The notes under the pieces: generated by a model
Databases searched by the model: none
Seen by the model: only the letters and a program-made list of their open reading frames with translations
Told to the model about the DNA's origin: nothing
Part shown: positions 1-12,153 of the stretch, piece after piece
How the letters are laid out: every line of letters begins with the position of its first letter
Numbering within the stretch: position 1 is the stretch's first letter
Program-made: the position numbers and the translations under genes
Assembly: GCF_006345805.1 (NCBI RefSeq)
Contig: NC_043011.1
Coordinates: forward strand, 12,970,464 to 13,034,463
Source of the DNA: Octopus sinensis
Taxonomy: Eukaryota
Direction of reading: 5' to 3'
Length of the DNA: 64,000 bases

Positions 1-9
1 TGCTTTTAT

Positions 10-241
10 CTTGTTTGTTCCTTCTCGAGCCATGCCTGGCTCATAAGGGCCGGTTTCCCGGTTTCTTGGCGTATTGGTTCCCCACCTGGACGGGACGCCA
101 GTCCGTCGCAGGTGAGCTGCAAGATGCAGGAGGAAAGAGTGGGAGAAAGTTGTGGCGAAATAGTCACCCGGTATGAGATTCGAACCCGCGATCTTTCGAC
201 CGCGAGCCCGCTGCTCTAACCACTAGACCATGTGCCTCCAC
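10..241 (-). mobile_element. tRNA-derived SINE, family D (head shared with family C, different 3' tail), internally deleted
   Basis: Reverse complement starts GTGGAGGCACATGGTCTAGTGGTTAGAGCAGC with A box and B box (GGTTCGAATC); the tail recurs at 654-800. Confidence 0.8.
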
Positions 242-653
242 AATGCAATTATCTGATCAGCTCGGGCCTCTCTAGAAATTACAAGCAGGGTTCGTCCGAA
301 ATCAACAACATTCGTTATACATGTCTCGACTATCAGGTCCTGCATTGTGACTCATTGTGACTCGTTCGTGACTCATTTTTGCTTCATTCTAATTCATCGC
401 ATTATATCTTTGCGTTTGAATGTGTTCTCGATGTTCCATGGTGGTTATTCATGCTGTGTTGTCTAGCTGTATCTTAACCAAGAAGTGTGCAGACACATTG
501 CTGCAGCAAGGGCAATATGCTACTTTTAGCGAAATTGAGAAAGCATGGAGTCAATAAGGAATGTCTTGCCCGTGCTACTAGAAGTATCAAAGAAAAAAAG
601 TTTCTTTTTTAGTCATTTTTATTTTTTCCATGATGTTATAACTTTGCCTCTAT

Positions 654-887
654 GTTGTTTGTTCCTTCTCGAGCCACGCCTGGCTTATAAGGGCCGGTTT
701 CTCGGTTTCCTTGGCGTATAGGATCCCCACCTGGACGGGACGCCGGTCCGTCGCAGGTGACCTGCATGATGCAGGAGGAAAAAGTGAGAGAAAGTTGTAG
801 CGAAAGAGTCAGCAGAAGTTCGCCATTACCTTCTGCCGGAGCCGAGTGGAGCTTAGGTGTTTTCGCTCATGAACACACACATCGCCA
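654..887 (-). mobile_element. SINE family D copy, 5'-truncated
   Basis: High similarity to 10-160; its middle matches the central region of family C (12357-12460). Confidence 0.8.
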
Positions 888-925
888 AACGATATCCAAC
901 ACATATCCAAACGATGTTGTTTGTC

Positions 926-1355
926 GGATCTTTTCTGTTTGAACGGCAGTTTTTAACATAATTTCTAGGTAACTAAAAAATGTTAAACTTCGTATACTCG
1001 TAGAATGTGTTTATAAAACATCTTTTTCTCTTGGCTTTATTGAGAAAATTCTATCGTTTGTAAGATATATGTTGTTTTTTTTTTCTTCAATTTCTGCAAT
1101 TTCAACCAATCAATGACGTCTATTGAGTTAAAAAGTATTCTGTACCGTATGAATATGTCTCTCGTTTAAGAAACAGATGAGGTTTATTTACATTTGTGAA
1201 GAAAAAAAGATACCCGTTCCTCACCCCTAACCCTGACCCTTACCCTAACCCTAAAAGAGATTGAAATGCAATAGATCGATTCTAGGGTCATCATTATGGG
1301 TGACAATTTCATATGACACCGCTAGAAAAAAATGCCGTTCAAACCGAAAAGATCC
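926..1355. mobile_element. Merlin-like MITE with internal (CCCTAA)n-like tract
   Basis: ~29-bp TIRs GGATCTTTTC(G/T)GTTTGAACGGCAGTTTTT; 8-bp TSD TGTTTGTC at 918-925 and 1356-1363; GG termini with 8-bp TSD fit the Merlin/IS1016 superfamily. Confidence 0.8.
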
Positions 1356-1439
1356 TGTTTGTCTTCTCTTACTTGATGCATACGTATCACAGTCGTTTGT
1401 GTCCTGTTATCAGCTACACGGGCCTGTGAAGTTCTTCAC

Positions 1440-1571
1440 CTTCTTCTGATCCCAGCAAAGGATGAGATAAAGTCGATCTCGGCGGAATTTGAACTCAGGA
1501 CGTAAAAACGGACAAAAATATTGCTAAGCATTTTCCCCGGCGTACAAACGATTCTGCCAGCTCGCCGCCTT
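1440..1571 (-). mobile_element. SINE family B 5' fragment
   Basis: Reverse complement matches head AAGGCGGCGAGCTGGCAGAATCG...GAGTTCAAATTCCGCCGAG found many times in the window. Confidence 0.7.
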
Positions 1572-1696
1572 GAATTCAGGTAATATTTACAGGTTTGGAT
1601 TTTTTTTTTACCTGTACGTGGGATTATGAATAACACTCGAAGCCTCGGCCAAAACTAAGATCCATTATGAAGATCATTCAAAGAGTTAGTAATTAC

Positions 1697-2095
1697 AACT
1701 CTTTTACTATGTTACTTGTTTCAGTCATTTGACTGCGGCCATGCTGGAGCATGGCCTTTAGTCGAGCAAGTCGACCCCAGGACTTATTCTTTGTAAGCCT
1801 AGTACTTATTCTATCGGTCTCTTTCGCCGAATCGCTAAGTTACGAGGATGTAAACACACCATCATCGGTTGTCAAACGATGTTGGGGGGACAAACACAGA
1901 CACACAAACATATGCACACACATACATATACATATATACAACGGGCTTCTTTCAGTTTCCGTCTACCAAATCCACTCACAAGGCTTTGGTCGGCCCGAGG
2001 CTATAGTAGAAGACACTTACCCAAAGTGCCATGCAGGGGAACTGAACCCGGAACCATGTGGTTGGTAAGCAAGCTACTTAACACACAGCCACTCC
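1697..2095 (-). mobile_element. tRNA-derived SINE family A with internal microsatellite
   Basis: Matches the family head GGAGTGGCTGTGTGGTAAG...GGTTCAGTCCC and (GTAAAAGA)n tail; more than 10 copies in the window. Confidence 0.85.
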
Positions 2096-2574
2096 CAATT
2101 TCTTCGAATTTTTTTTCCTTTGAAACGTTCATTTAGTTTTGCATACCTTAGCATGTATCAATAACTGTTTTAAAAATTGTATTCAGCATTCAAGATTTTC
2201 AACATCGCAGATATCGTTTGTGCAGAAAAAAATCCCATACCGTCATTCACTAAAACATATAATGTTTAATGTTTCAATAAGCTGGTTTTATTTTCTTTCT
2301 TTTTCTTCCTTTTTTTTATTTTTTGAAGTGGTTAAAAAAAATTACTAGGACGAAGCTTAACCTACTTCTTGTCTGAAAAATTGCTATTAGATAGTAATTT
2401 CTACTCGAACTCTTTAAAGCTAAAAAAAGGAAGGAACAATAAAAACAAATGTAAATAAACTACAGCTATAAAACTATCACTGACCTCTTTATCTCTCTCT
2501 CTCTCTCTCTCTCTTTCTCATTCCTCTCTATACACACACATGCACACACGCACACACACACATATATATATATG

Positions 2575-2621
<47 letters not shown>

Positions 2622-2719
2622 ACATATATATATATGAAAACATGAAAACACAAAGAGAAAACACAACGCGAGGACGTGGAACAAATATAGTATTATTGGA
2701 CGATCAGGAAAGAAGGAGG

Positions 2720-2754
2720 GTTTAACGTTTCGAGCGGAGCTCTTCATCAGAAAC
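2720..2754 (-). ncRNA. Minimal type I hammerhead ribozyme motif in a Penelope pseudo-LTR-like fragment (~2625-2830)
   Basis: Reverse complement: gttt CTGATGA a gagc-tcc-gctc GAAA cgtt a aac; palindromic stem III; fragment lies in TA microsatellite. Confidence 0.65.
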
Positions 2755-2956
2755 ATAGGAAAAGGAAAGATCCAAAGAAGGGAAGACGGAGGGAAAAAAA
2801 TCGCCAACGGTACACACGCGGTCACATTTTATATATAAATTGCGTTGTATCTCTCTATTTTTCAAAAATTTTCTTTTACAAATACGGAAAAGAAATTGGA
2901 TTTAAAAACATTACTGTTTAATATTTCGGAATAAATTCTCAATATGCTGATAAATA

Positions 2957-3251
2957 TTGGTTTCAAATTTTGGCACAAGGCCAGCAAGTTTGGAAGAGGG
3001 AGCAAGTCGATTACATCGACCCCTATGCTGAATTGGAACTTATTTTATCGACCTCGAAAGGATGAAAGGCAAAGGCAATCTCGATGACATTTGAACTTAA
3101 GACGTAAAAAGGGATGAAACACTGCTTAACATTTTGTCCGGCGTGCTAATGGTTCTGCCGGGTCACCGCCTTAATAATAATAATAATAGCAATAATAATA
3201 ATAACAACAATAATGATGATGATGATGATGATAATAATAATAATAATAATA

Positions 3252-3283
<32 letters not shown>

Positions 3284-3348
3284 GCCCTATGTGTATGGAA
3301 AACACTCGTCGAGAAACGGAAGAAAATTTGAAGAAAAAAGTAAAAAAC

Positions 3349-3406
<58 letters not shown>

Positions 3407-4197
3407 CAACAACAACGACGACGACGACGAGGAGGAGGAGGAGGAGGAGGAGGAGGCTCACCTTCTCTCCGAAAGGCAAATTGACCTAGACGGAATTTGA
3501 ACTTAGACGGACGAAATTTCGCTAAACATTTCCCCCGCTCACCGCTTTGAAGAGCTAAATATTGGTTTCGAATTTTGGCACAAGGCCAGCAAATTCAAGG
3601 GAGGGGGGGCTAGTTGATTACGTCGAACCCAGAGTTCAAATGGTATTTACCTTATCAACCCCGAAAGAATTTAAATTCAGAACGTAAAGATGGACGAAAT
3701 GCCGCTAAGTATTTTGCCCGGCCTCTTACGGTTCTGCCATCTCACCGCCTTGTGGAGCTAAATATTGATTTTAGATTTTTGCACAAGACCAGCAATGGTG
3801 GTGGGGAACGAAGTCGATTGCATCAATCCTAATACTCGAGTGCTACTTATTTTATCGACCCTAAAATGATGTAAGGCAAAGTTGAGCCCGGCAGCAGAAC
3901 GAAAAGACAGACGAAATACTGCTAAGCATTTCGCTCGGCATGCTAACGATTCTGCCGGCTCGCCGCCCATCTGGAGCTAAATATTCTTTTCTACTCTAGG
4001 TACAAAGCCCGAAATTTTGGCAGAAGGACCAGTCGATTAGCTCGACCCAGTACGCAACTGGTACTTAATCTATCGACTCCGAAAGGATGAAAGGCAAAGT
4101 CAACCTCGGCGGAATTTGTACTCAGAACCTAAAGACAGACGAAATGCCGCTAAGCATTTCGCCCGGCGTGCTAACGATTCTGCCAGCTCGCTGCCCT
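2957..4197 (-). mobile_element. Cluster of SINE family B copies (2957-3172, 3462-3547, 3563-3751, 3766-3968, 3985-4197) with (AAT)n-type trinucleotide tracts
   Basis: Repeated heads and central domain ATCGACCCCGAAAGGATGAAAGGCAAAGTC; last units separated by GGAGCTAAATAT. Confidence 0.8.
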
Positions 4198-4405
4198 TCT
4201 GGAGCTAAATATAAACAGATCAAATAAGACGCCAGCATCTGTTATTAGTTCCGATCCTGTATGCTCTAAGCCCAAATCCTGCCGTGGCCGACCTTACCGT
4301 CCATCCTTTCGGGGTCGATAATTTAAAGCTTCAAAAATTTGCAAACCTTGTTTAACTGTTGCTATAAGTATGGAGCAAGTGAAGACATTACTTTTGTGTA
4401 TACTC

Positions 4406-4618
4406 TTTACTTTTTTACTGGCTTCGGTCATTTGACTGCGGCCATGCTGGAGCACCGCCTTTATAGTCGAGCAAATCAACCCCAGAGCTTATTATTTGCA
4501 AGCCTGGTACTTATTCTATCGGTCTCTTTTGCCGAACCGCTAAGTTACGGGGACGTAAACACACCAACATCAGTTGTCAAGCGATGCTGGGGGGGACAAA
4601 CAGACACACAAACACACA

Positions 4619-4717
<99 letters not shown>

Positions 4718-4880
4718 TACAACGGGCTTCTTTCAGTTTCCGTCTACCAAATCCACTCACAAGGTTTGGTCGGCCGAGGCTATAGTAGAAGACACCTGCC
4801 CAAGGTGCCACGCTGTGGGACTGAACCCGGAGCCATGTGGTTGGTAAGCAAGCTACTTACCACACAGCCACTGCTGCGCC
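4406..4880 (-). mobile_element. SINE family A
   Basis: Full-length match to family A with expanded (CA)/(TA) tract. Confidence 0.85.
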
Positions 4881-5446
4881 TTCACAAAGAAATATCTAAC
4901 AGCAGTTACTAAAATAGAATCAATGCAGATAACAAATTGCAGTCATGTGTGTTAATTGGAGAAAAAGAAATGAAATATTCAATTCCAAGTTGAAATTTAT
5001 AAAAAAATAAAGAATAATACCGATTTCAGTTTCGATGTAAATTGATTGTCAATTGAGGCCCTTTATTTATACAATTATTGATGAAAATGAATTTTTATTG
5101 CAATATAATTCTTTGAAAATGACAAGTAATTTGTTTTGAAACAGCGTTTGGCAACTTATTTTGTCTTGAGTCTGTATTTCAACATGTTCTAGAAATTCTT
5201 TTAATTGTAGGAATTTACTAATCTATTTTTATTACTATTATCATCTTTTAACCAATGCTTGTTTCTCACAACCTTAAAGACAGTACAAGACGTGCGAAGT
5301 AAAAGCATTTCTTAATATGGTAAAGCTAAGGTGTGTTGTATATGGCAAATCGAAATAGAATCACATTAAATATTAAACCAAAATCTAAACGATTAGAAAG
5401 CATTAAATTGTGCAAAAGAATTCCAAGATCACAGTATTCATACGGA

Positions 5447-5848
5447 TGGCTTCCAGAGAAGAGTAGAAATTGACTCGTTTTCAGCTCTACAACAATGTCC
5501 AGCAACTACAGGTGGTAGTTACCCATATATTTGTACTTTGGTTGGATGACGCCTCCACGAGAGATTTTGAGCTCTCATAAGGAGGCGAGTGTAAGTTCCA
5601 TCCAACTGCCTCTCAAGCTTCTTTGATAACGTCCAGGTTTCTGAGCCATATAGTAGAATTTCTACTCTTCTCCACTGGAAGCCATCTACTCGCGATACCA
5701 GAGGGTGCACACTCTCCTACCCTGATGTAATCTCCAGGGATACAGGCATCCAGCAACAGGACCTCCGTAATGCTATGATGGACCGTGAAGTCTGGCGTAG
5801 CATAGTAAATTCCATTGTCTCGACCATGGTCGAACAATGATGATGATG
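5447..5848. mobile_element. RTE-clade LINE 3' fragment with 5' inversion
   Basis: Minus part encodes ILLYGSETWTLSKKLERQLDGTYTRLL; plus part ends in (TGA)n; 11-bp TSD ATTCATACGGA at 5436-5446 and 5849-5859. Confidence 0.85.
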
Positions 5849-6567
5849 ATTCATACGGAATTACAAACTGTAAATTAGCTTCTAGTGATGATATTTTTCG
5901 AAACGCTCCTTACATATACTCGATATTGGTAAAACTATTGTTCAATTGAAGAGTTATATTTTAAAAACTTTCCTGTATAAATATATGTAGCAGATACCGT
6001 TGAAAAGTAACTCTAACCATAAGTAATAAGCTGTTGTTAACCTTTAAGATAGTAAAATAGACAAAGTTGGAAAAATCCATTTCCGTACTGTATAAATAGG
6101 AAATGATCTATCAGACGTTAATTTATAAAATTACTGAACAAGCCAATCTAAAACATAATTTCCCTGTAACGCATAGCCAAAATAGTATTTTTCAGTTACC
6201 CTTGACATGTTTTAAGCAATTTCTAGAAAACCCACAAATACATTGAACAATAAGCAGAAAGGAAAATTGATGCATTGTAATACATATCGATGTAGGCCAC
6301 ACTTCACTAAACAGAAGAAAATGTGTTAAAATGTATTTCATTTTACAGCATTATTAATGGAATGTTCGTAACAGAATATTGCTTGAAATATCATTTTATA
6401 ATTTTATAGACGATGCGTCTTCATATTCAGGTTTAATTACTACATATAAAATGATTTAGATTTAGTGAGCTCATTAAAACGTCTAAAAACCAATGTCGTC
6501 ATTTTAAGATAAAAAGCATCTTTTTGCGGAAAAATATCTTAATCTGTTAACAATTTGGCAATCAGTT

Positions 6568-6730
6568 GGCGCAGGAGTGGCTGTGTGGTAAGTAGGTTGC
6601 TAACCAACCACATGGTTCCGGGTTCAGTCCCACTGCGTGGCACCTTGGGCAAGTGTCTTCTACTATAGCCTCGGGCCGACCAAAGCCTTGTGTGTGGATT
6701 TGGTAGACGGAAACTGAAAGAAGCCCGTCG

Positions 6731-6765
<35 letters not shown>

Positions 6766-6991
6766 ATGTTTGTGTGTCTGTATTAGTCCCCCTAGCATTG
6801 CTTGACAACCGATGATGGTGTGTTTATGTCCCCGTAACTTAGCGGTTCGGCAAATGAGACCGATAGAATAAGTACTGGGTTTACAAAGAATAAGTCCCGG
6901 GGTCGATTTGCTAGATTAAAGGCGGTGCTCCAGCATGGCCGCAGTCAAATGACGGAAACAAGTAAAAGAGTAAAAGATAGAAAGTTTTATC
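6568..6991 (+). mobile_element. SINE family A, full length
   Basis: Head at 6568; ~18-bp TSD ACAATTTG(G/A)CAATCAGTT at 6550-6567 and 6992-7009. Confidence 0.9.
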
Positions 6992-7691
6992 ACAATTTGA
7001 CAATCAGTTTTTAGTAAATATAGATTAATTAAAAAAACAAGCTGGCGTTAGAGGAACATAGTTTTGATCCAGAAATGAGCAATTTTATGACCATTCGTGG
7101 ATCCGTGTAGGCAAAGGAATAACTGAAAAAATATGAAGATTAATAATATAGAATGAGGTTTGATGAAATCAGTATTTAGCGGAGGAATGTAATGGTTATC
7201 CGAGTCGAAGTCAAAGTGACAATAAGCTCCGACATAAAAAGGATTTGCTAAATAGAAAATCATCCCAAAGTTACGTGGGAAAACCCGGGATACAAACTAA
7301 GAGATGCCTACACGTGGTCGATATACTTGCTAGAAGTAGCAGCCAAATTTCCTTCAAATCATACTGTTGTCTTAAAAAGCAAACGTAGGACTTACCGATT
7401 AAGACATTATGTTAGCACTATAATGTAATACAATGACCTATACTATGTTCTGTGTGCCATAATGTTGGACACTATATCTGATGGGATGATGACCATGATT
7501 AGAACGGTTGATCAAGGCTAGACAAAAGCAACAAGCAATATTTTTCATCGATTTGAGTTCAAATAGCAGTATTTAAAACTTAAATCATACGCTTGTTCGA
7601 TTTCAGTTTATGAAAAATATTTTCACCAACTCGAATTCGTTTCAATTTCCCATCCCTGAATTTTACTCAAGAGTTTGTATTACTCAAGGGT

Positions 7692-8099
7692 ATACTCTTT
7701 TTACTCTTTTTACTTGTTTCAGTCATTTGACTGCGGCCATGCTGGAGCACCGCCTTTAGTCTTATTCTTTGTAAGGACTTATTCTTTGTAAGCCTAGTAC
7801 TTATTTTATCATCTCTTTTGCCGAACCGCTAAGTGACGGGGACATAAACACACCAGCATCGGTTGTCAAGCAAAGCTAGGGGGAAAAACACAGACACACA
7901 AACACACACGCACACACACATATATATATATGCATATATACGACAGGCTTCTTTCAGTTTCCGTCTACCAAATCCACTCACAAGGCTTTGGTCGGCCCGA
8001 GGCTTTAGTAGAAGACACTTGCCCAAGATTCCACGCAGTGGGACTGAACCCGGAACCATGTGGTTGGTAAGCAAGCTACTTACCACACAGCCACTCCTG
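7692..8099 (-). mobile_element. SINE family A
   Basis: Full-length match to family A. Confidence 0.85.
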
Positions 8100-8199
8100 T
8101 ATACAAAAAATAACTGGAAAAATAACTGGCTAGAAAAAAAGGATTTAGGGAGCACAAAAAAAATGCACGAATTAATTTTTTCAAAGCGTGCGTGAGTGT

Positions 8200-9450
8200 T
8201 TTGCCCCTTCTCTCGGCAGATGAAAAAGCACAAAGAAGCTTATACATGAAAAATGAGTTGGACTTGTACTGAACGTTCTTAACATACAGTCCAACGTAAA
8301 TGAGAAAGCGATTGACAATCTGGTGCAGATTGCCAGGAACACAGTTCTTGGGAGCAGTAGAGCTATATGCAGTAGAGCTAGTTGCCTTCATGTGGTCAGC
8401 AGGTGCCATCCTCAAGAATTCAAGAATGTTACACTCATTCACCTGTACAAGAACAAGGATAACAGAGAGTCATGCGACAATAACAGAGGTGTTTACTTCT
8501 TTTCAACCATTGAATCGTCTCGTTCACCCTACTACCACTAACAATCACCTGCCTGAAAGCCAATGTTGATTCCGTTTTGAAAGGGGTTGTCCACCCGCGT
8601 TTGTGCATCGTGAAATTGGTGCACCATATACACAAACAGGTGAGTGGAAACATATATGTACAATATAAATCTCAGAGCGAGTTATAAACAGTAGCTGCAA
8701 CACATCGTGACGTATATTTGCCATTTAAATATGGCTAACCCCTAAGGGTGGATGCTACTGTAGTCTGTAGCCCCAGGAGGACACTTCCTCCAGCTGGCTA
8801 AGTGTGTCTATAGCCAGCTGGAAGAGGTGTCCTCCTGGGGCTACAAACTACAGTAGCATCCACCCTTAGGGGTTAGCCATATTTAAATAGCAAATATACG
8901 TCAGGATATATGTACAATATTCTGTCACAAATGCTGTAAAGCAAGGTGGCATCTTAACACCTGACCTTTTCAACATCATTTATTTTTTCTGTTAGAACAC
9001 TTCCACCTGAATTGACATTAAGCCGTGATATAACAGCAGAGTGCTTAATCTTCGCACACTGTAAGTAAAAACCAAATTTAAGCATTTAAATAACTGTGAA
9101 CTATTGTTTGTAGATGGTTACGGATTGCTTGCGTAATATTAGCCCCGTATCAGTTCCCAAAGGCCTGCAACAACCTTCGCCTCACTGCACTGCAATGCAC
9201 TGACGAAACAGAAGTATTGCATCAACCTGCCCTAAGACATACTTCTGGGAATAGATGTAAGACTGAACTAAAATATCTTAAATATCCTGGAAGTGCACAG
9301 TTCTCAAGTGCCTGCAGTGATGTTAAAATGTAATCTCATGTTAGAAAAGCGGTGCAGCTTTTGGACAATTTCGGCAGAGAATGTGGAACAACCGTGGTAT
9401 TCGTATTGATACTGAAATTGAAATATATAAGGTCATCATCCTTCCAGCTG
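8200..9450 (+). mobile_element. Old degraded RTE/BovB-like LINE reverse transcriptase fragment
   Basis: Broken peptides HLYKNKDNRESCDNNRGV, LPESQC, NAVKQGGILTP resemble RTE RT motifs. Confidence 0.65.
8708..8903. repeat. Near-perfect ~196-bp foldback palindrome inside a ~240-bp insertion
   Basis: ~92-bp arms; insertion 8667-8905 flanked by 15-bp direct repeat ATATATGTACAATAT (8652-8666, 8906-8920). Confidence 0.85.
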
Positions 9451-10229
9451 TGTGTGAGTGTCAGGGATGCAGATGTGTATGTGTGTGCCTTGTGCATACG
9501 TATGTGCACGGGTTCGCGTGTATTTATACGTGTGCATACATTAACACGTATATGTGGGGCATATGAATACCTGCCTGCCTGCCTACCTACATACATACTT
9601 ATGCATGCACACATACGACGTACATACATACATACATACATACATACATACATACATACATACATACATACATACATACATGGTGGCTGCTCCCTCGTTA
9701 TCGAGTATGGCCATTGCACGAAACTTAATCAATGTTGTTATCGTGCAATTCCTGTGCAAGAAGATTTTTTTTAAGTGAGGAAAGGTCAATCCCACTCACT
9801 AAGCAACAGCAGCCATAATCCGAAAAGAAGAAAAAGTCAACATCATCGGTAACCACTGAGCCGCAGATTTTATGTCGGAGTTATCCCAGTTACCTGAGTT
9901 ACCTTCTCCTAGAAGGATGCCCTAACATACATACAAGAGTGACATTGCAAAGCAAGGTTGTTGTAGGAAATGTTGGAGGGTAAAGAGAAATGAATAAATA
10001 GAACAAAATACAAATTATTAGTCCTCATATAACTGTTGCCTATATTGAATATTGTGATAGCATATCTTAATTAATATTACAAAAAATAAACAATTTATGT
10101 ATCTGTTATAATATATTTTTTATACATACAACAACAGCAGAATCTAAGAAGAAATTCTGGCTATAACGTATCGAATATTAAATTTAAGGTTTTATTCCAT
10201 CACTTAGAAACAAGTGGATTACGAATAAG

Positions 10230-10630
10230 TATTTTCCAATGAATTCATGAAACATTCAAGATTAGAAAAACACTTGAAAAACGTCCATGCTGACAAGACA
10301 AATAAGATCCATCTTATTTTGAAGCATTTCCAGGCTAATTTTGTAAACAGCTGACAATGTCAAGTGTGTTTTAATTCGTACCAGTGTCAAGATATTATGG
10401 TTATGCGCCTCTTACAAAATTTAATTAGTGATTGCGAAATCCAGAACGCCTAATGCTATTGGTGAAGAATTGGTCCTACCAGAAGTTAAGTACGGAGTCA
10501 TATAGTATGTTGCACATACCAGAAGCTAGCATAATCAATAAATTCCTTTGTGCAATGATATAACAGAATGGTATATTTTCGAAATAGGTAAAGGTGTGGA
10601 TGACACATCCTGCAATTTTTTGTGGACTGT
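10230..10630 (+). mobile_element. hAT (Charlie/Buster-like) transposase remnant
   Basis: Around 10405-10480 translates to ASYKI*LVIAKSRTPNAIGEELVLP, like the ASY..IAK..KPHTIGE.LI.P motif of Buster/ZBED5-type transposases. Confidence 0.6.
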
Positions 10631-10684
10631 CCCATTTTCATTGTAAATGCATGATCAAACTGTATTAAACCATCAAAAAATATA

Positions 10685-11082
10685 TCTTTATATATAAAAG
10701 TCAAGTTGTGTGTCTGTCTCCTACGATTTAGATTCCTAACTACTCCCACATTTTGCGGTGCAGTTTAACCAAAACCGGGTATCTTATAGTCGTGATTCAT
10801 ATCGAGCCCTTCTGGGTATTAGGGCGCGTCTACGATGAGTCTACGATTTTGAAAAAAATTTACCATCATTTTTTTCCATTTTAATGCATTTTTTTCGCTA
10901 TTATATAAGGGAAATAATTCTCTAAAAATGTCTACGATGAGTCAACGATTTAAAAAAAATTACCATCATTTTTTTTCCATTTTTAATGCAATTTTTTTGC
11001 TATTTTTTGGCTATAACTCTCTAAAAATTCTTATATAGTTATTTCCCTTACAAACCCGAGCAACGCCGGGCGATACTGCTAG
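10685..11082 (+). mobile_element. Non-autonomous Helitron
   Basis: 5' TC after host A; 3' hairpin CCCGAGCAACGCCGGG then CTAG before host T; no TSD; related copy at 53457-53849. Confidence 0.85.
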
Positions 11083-11099
11083 TTCACAATAAAATGATA

Positions 11100-11521
11100 C
11101 GAGGTGCGTTCAAAAAGTATCCGACTTTATTTTTTAACCCGCAAAAAGAAATGTCGCGTGGGTCATTTGGGTGGGAGGCAACGTCACCCTTCATACACTT
11201 GCAGAAGCAACTCCATAAGTAAATTGCTCATGACATGTTGGACAGTACAAATCACAACCCTGACTACATGAAGACCATCGTCACCGATGATTAGACACGG
11301 GGTTTATGGTCTCTGTTAGATGCATTCGGTTATCGTTCGTGAAATCGAAAATCCGACGAGGGCGCATAGAGTCTGTACTCTAGGCGTAACAACCGGGAAC
11401 TGACGCGGCCTAAATAGTTGAGCAGAAAGGGTGGCATCACCTCCCACGCAAAGGATTTTGCCCGTGCGGCATTTGTTTTAGCGGAGGAAAATAAAGTGGG
11501 GTTCTTTTTGAACGCATCTCG
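11100..11521. mobile_element. Internally deleted mariner element (MITE-like)
   Basis: TIRs CGAGGTGCGTTCAAAAAG / CTTTTTGAACGCATCTCG; TA on both sides; remnant MKTIVTDD resembling the I(V)TGDE motif. Confidence 0.8.
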
Positions 11522-12153
11522 TATCAATTATAACATTAGCCTAGTCACTGTGTAGGGATGCATATCACCAACAATAGGTACAGAGGAGCAGCGACTGTCA
11601 CGAGACCATGTCAACCACCAAACCTAGCAGGTGAACGGAAATATAGCTGAGAGCAGCGAGAATGCCATTTTACTTCTCATACGATCAACTACTGCATGTT
11701 GCAATACGTAATATCCTGCTCAACAAAGTGGAATCATAATATAGAAGAAGCGACGCAGTTAATCGAGAGAATCTACTGACGTATTACCTGCTTGATTACA
11801 CGTTGAAAGCCTGGCGAAAAAAAGCAAATTAAATAGCACTACTTTGCATCGGTTCTCTGTATGAGATCCATCATAGATTTTGCCAATGTTACTTGGCTCT
11901 AGTCACACTATAATAAATCACAACACACTTCAAGAACACAAGAACATAACACTTCGGAAAACTGGCTGAACCGATCACGGACTATCTCCATAATAACAAA
12001 AAGCATAAAACTAAAGGCGACCAGGACATGCAAGGGCACCTCTTTCCATTCCGCAAGTTGCTATCCACATGGTTCCTATACAATTACTTCCAAACATCCG
12101 GGAACATTTACTGTAACATAAACATAAGAACATTATTTTTCTGTTCAGTCCAT

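Noticed and set aside
1751-2136. Recurrent ORFs with RASFSFRLPNPLTRLWSARG / SVSVYQIHSQGFGRPEAIVED
   Set aside because: Translations of SINE family A, repeated wherever the SINE occurs
3134-3500. Poly-N/D/E and poly-I ORFs
   Set aside because: Trinucleotide microsatellites between SINE copies; no splice or start evidence
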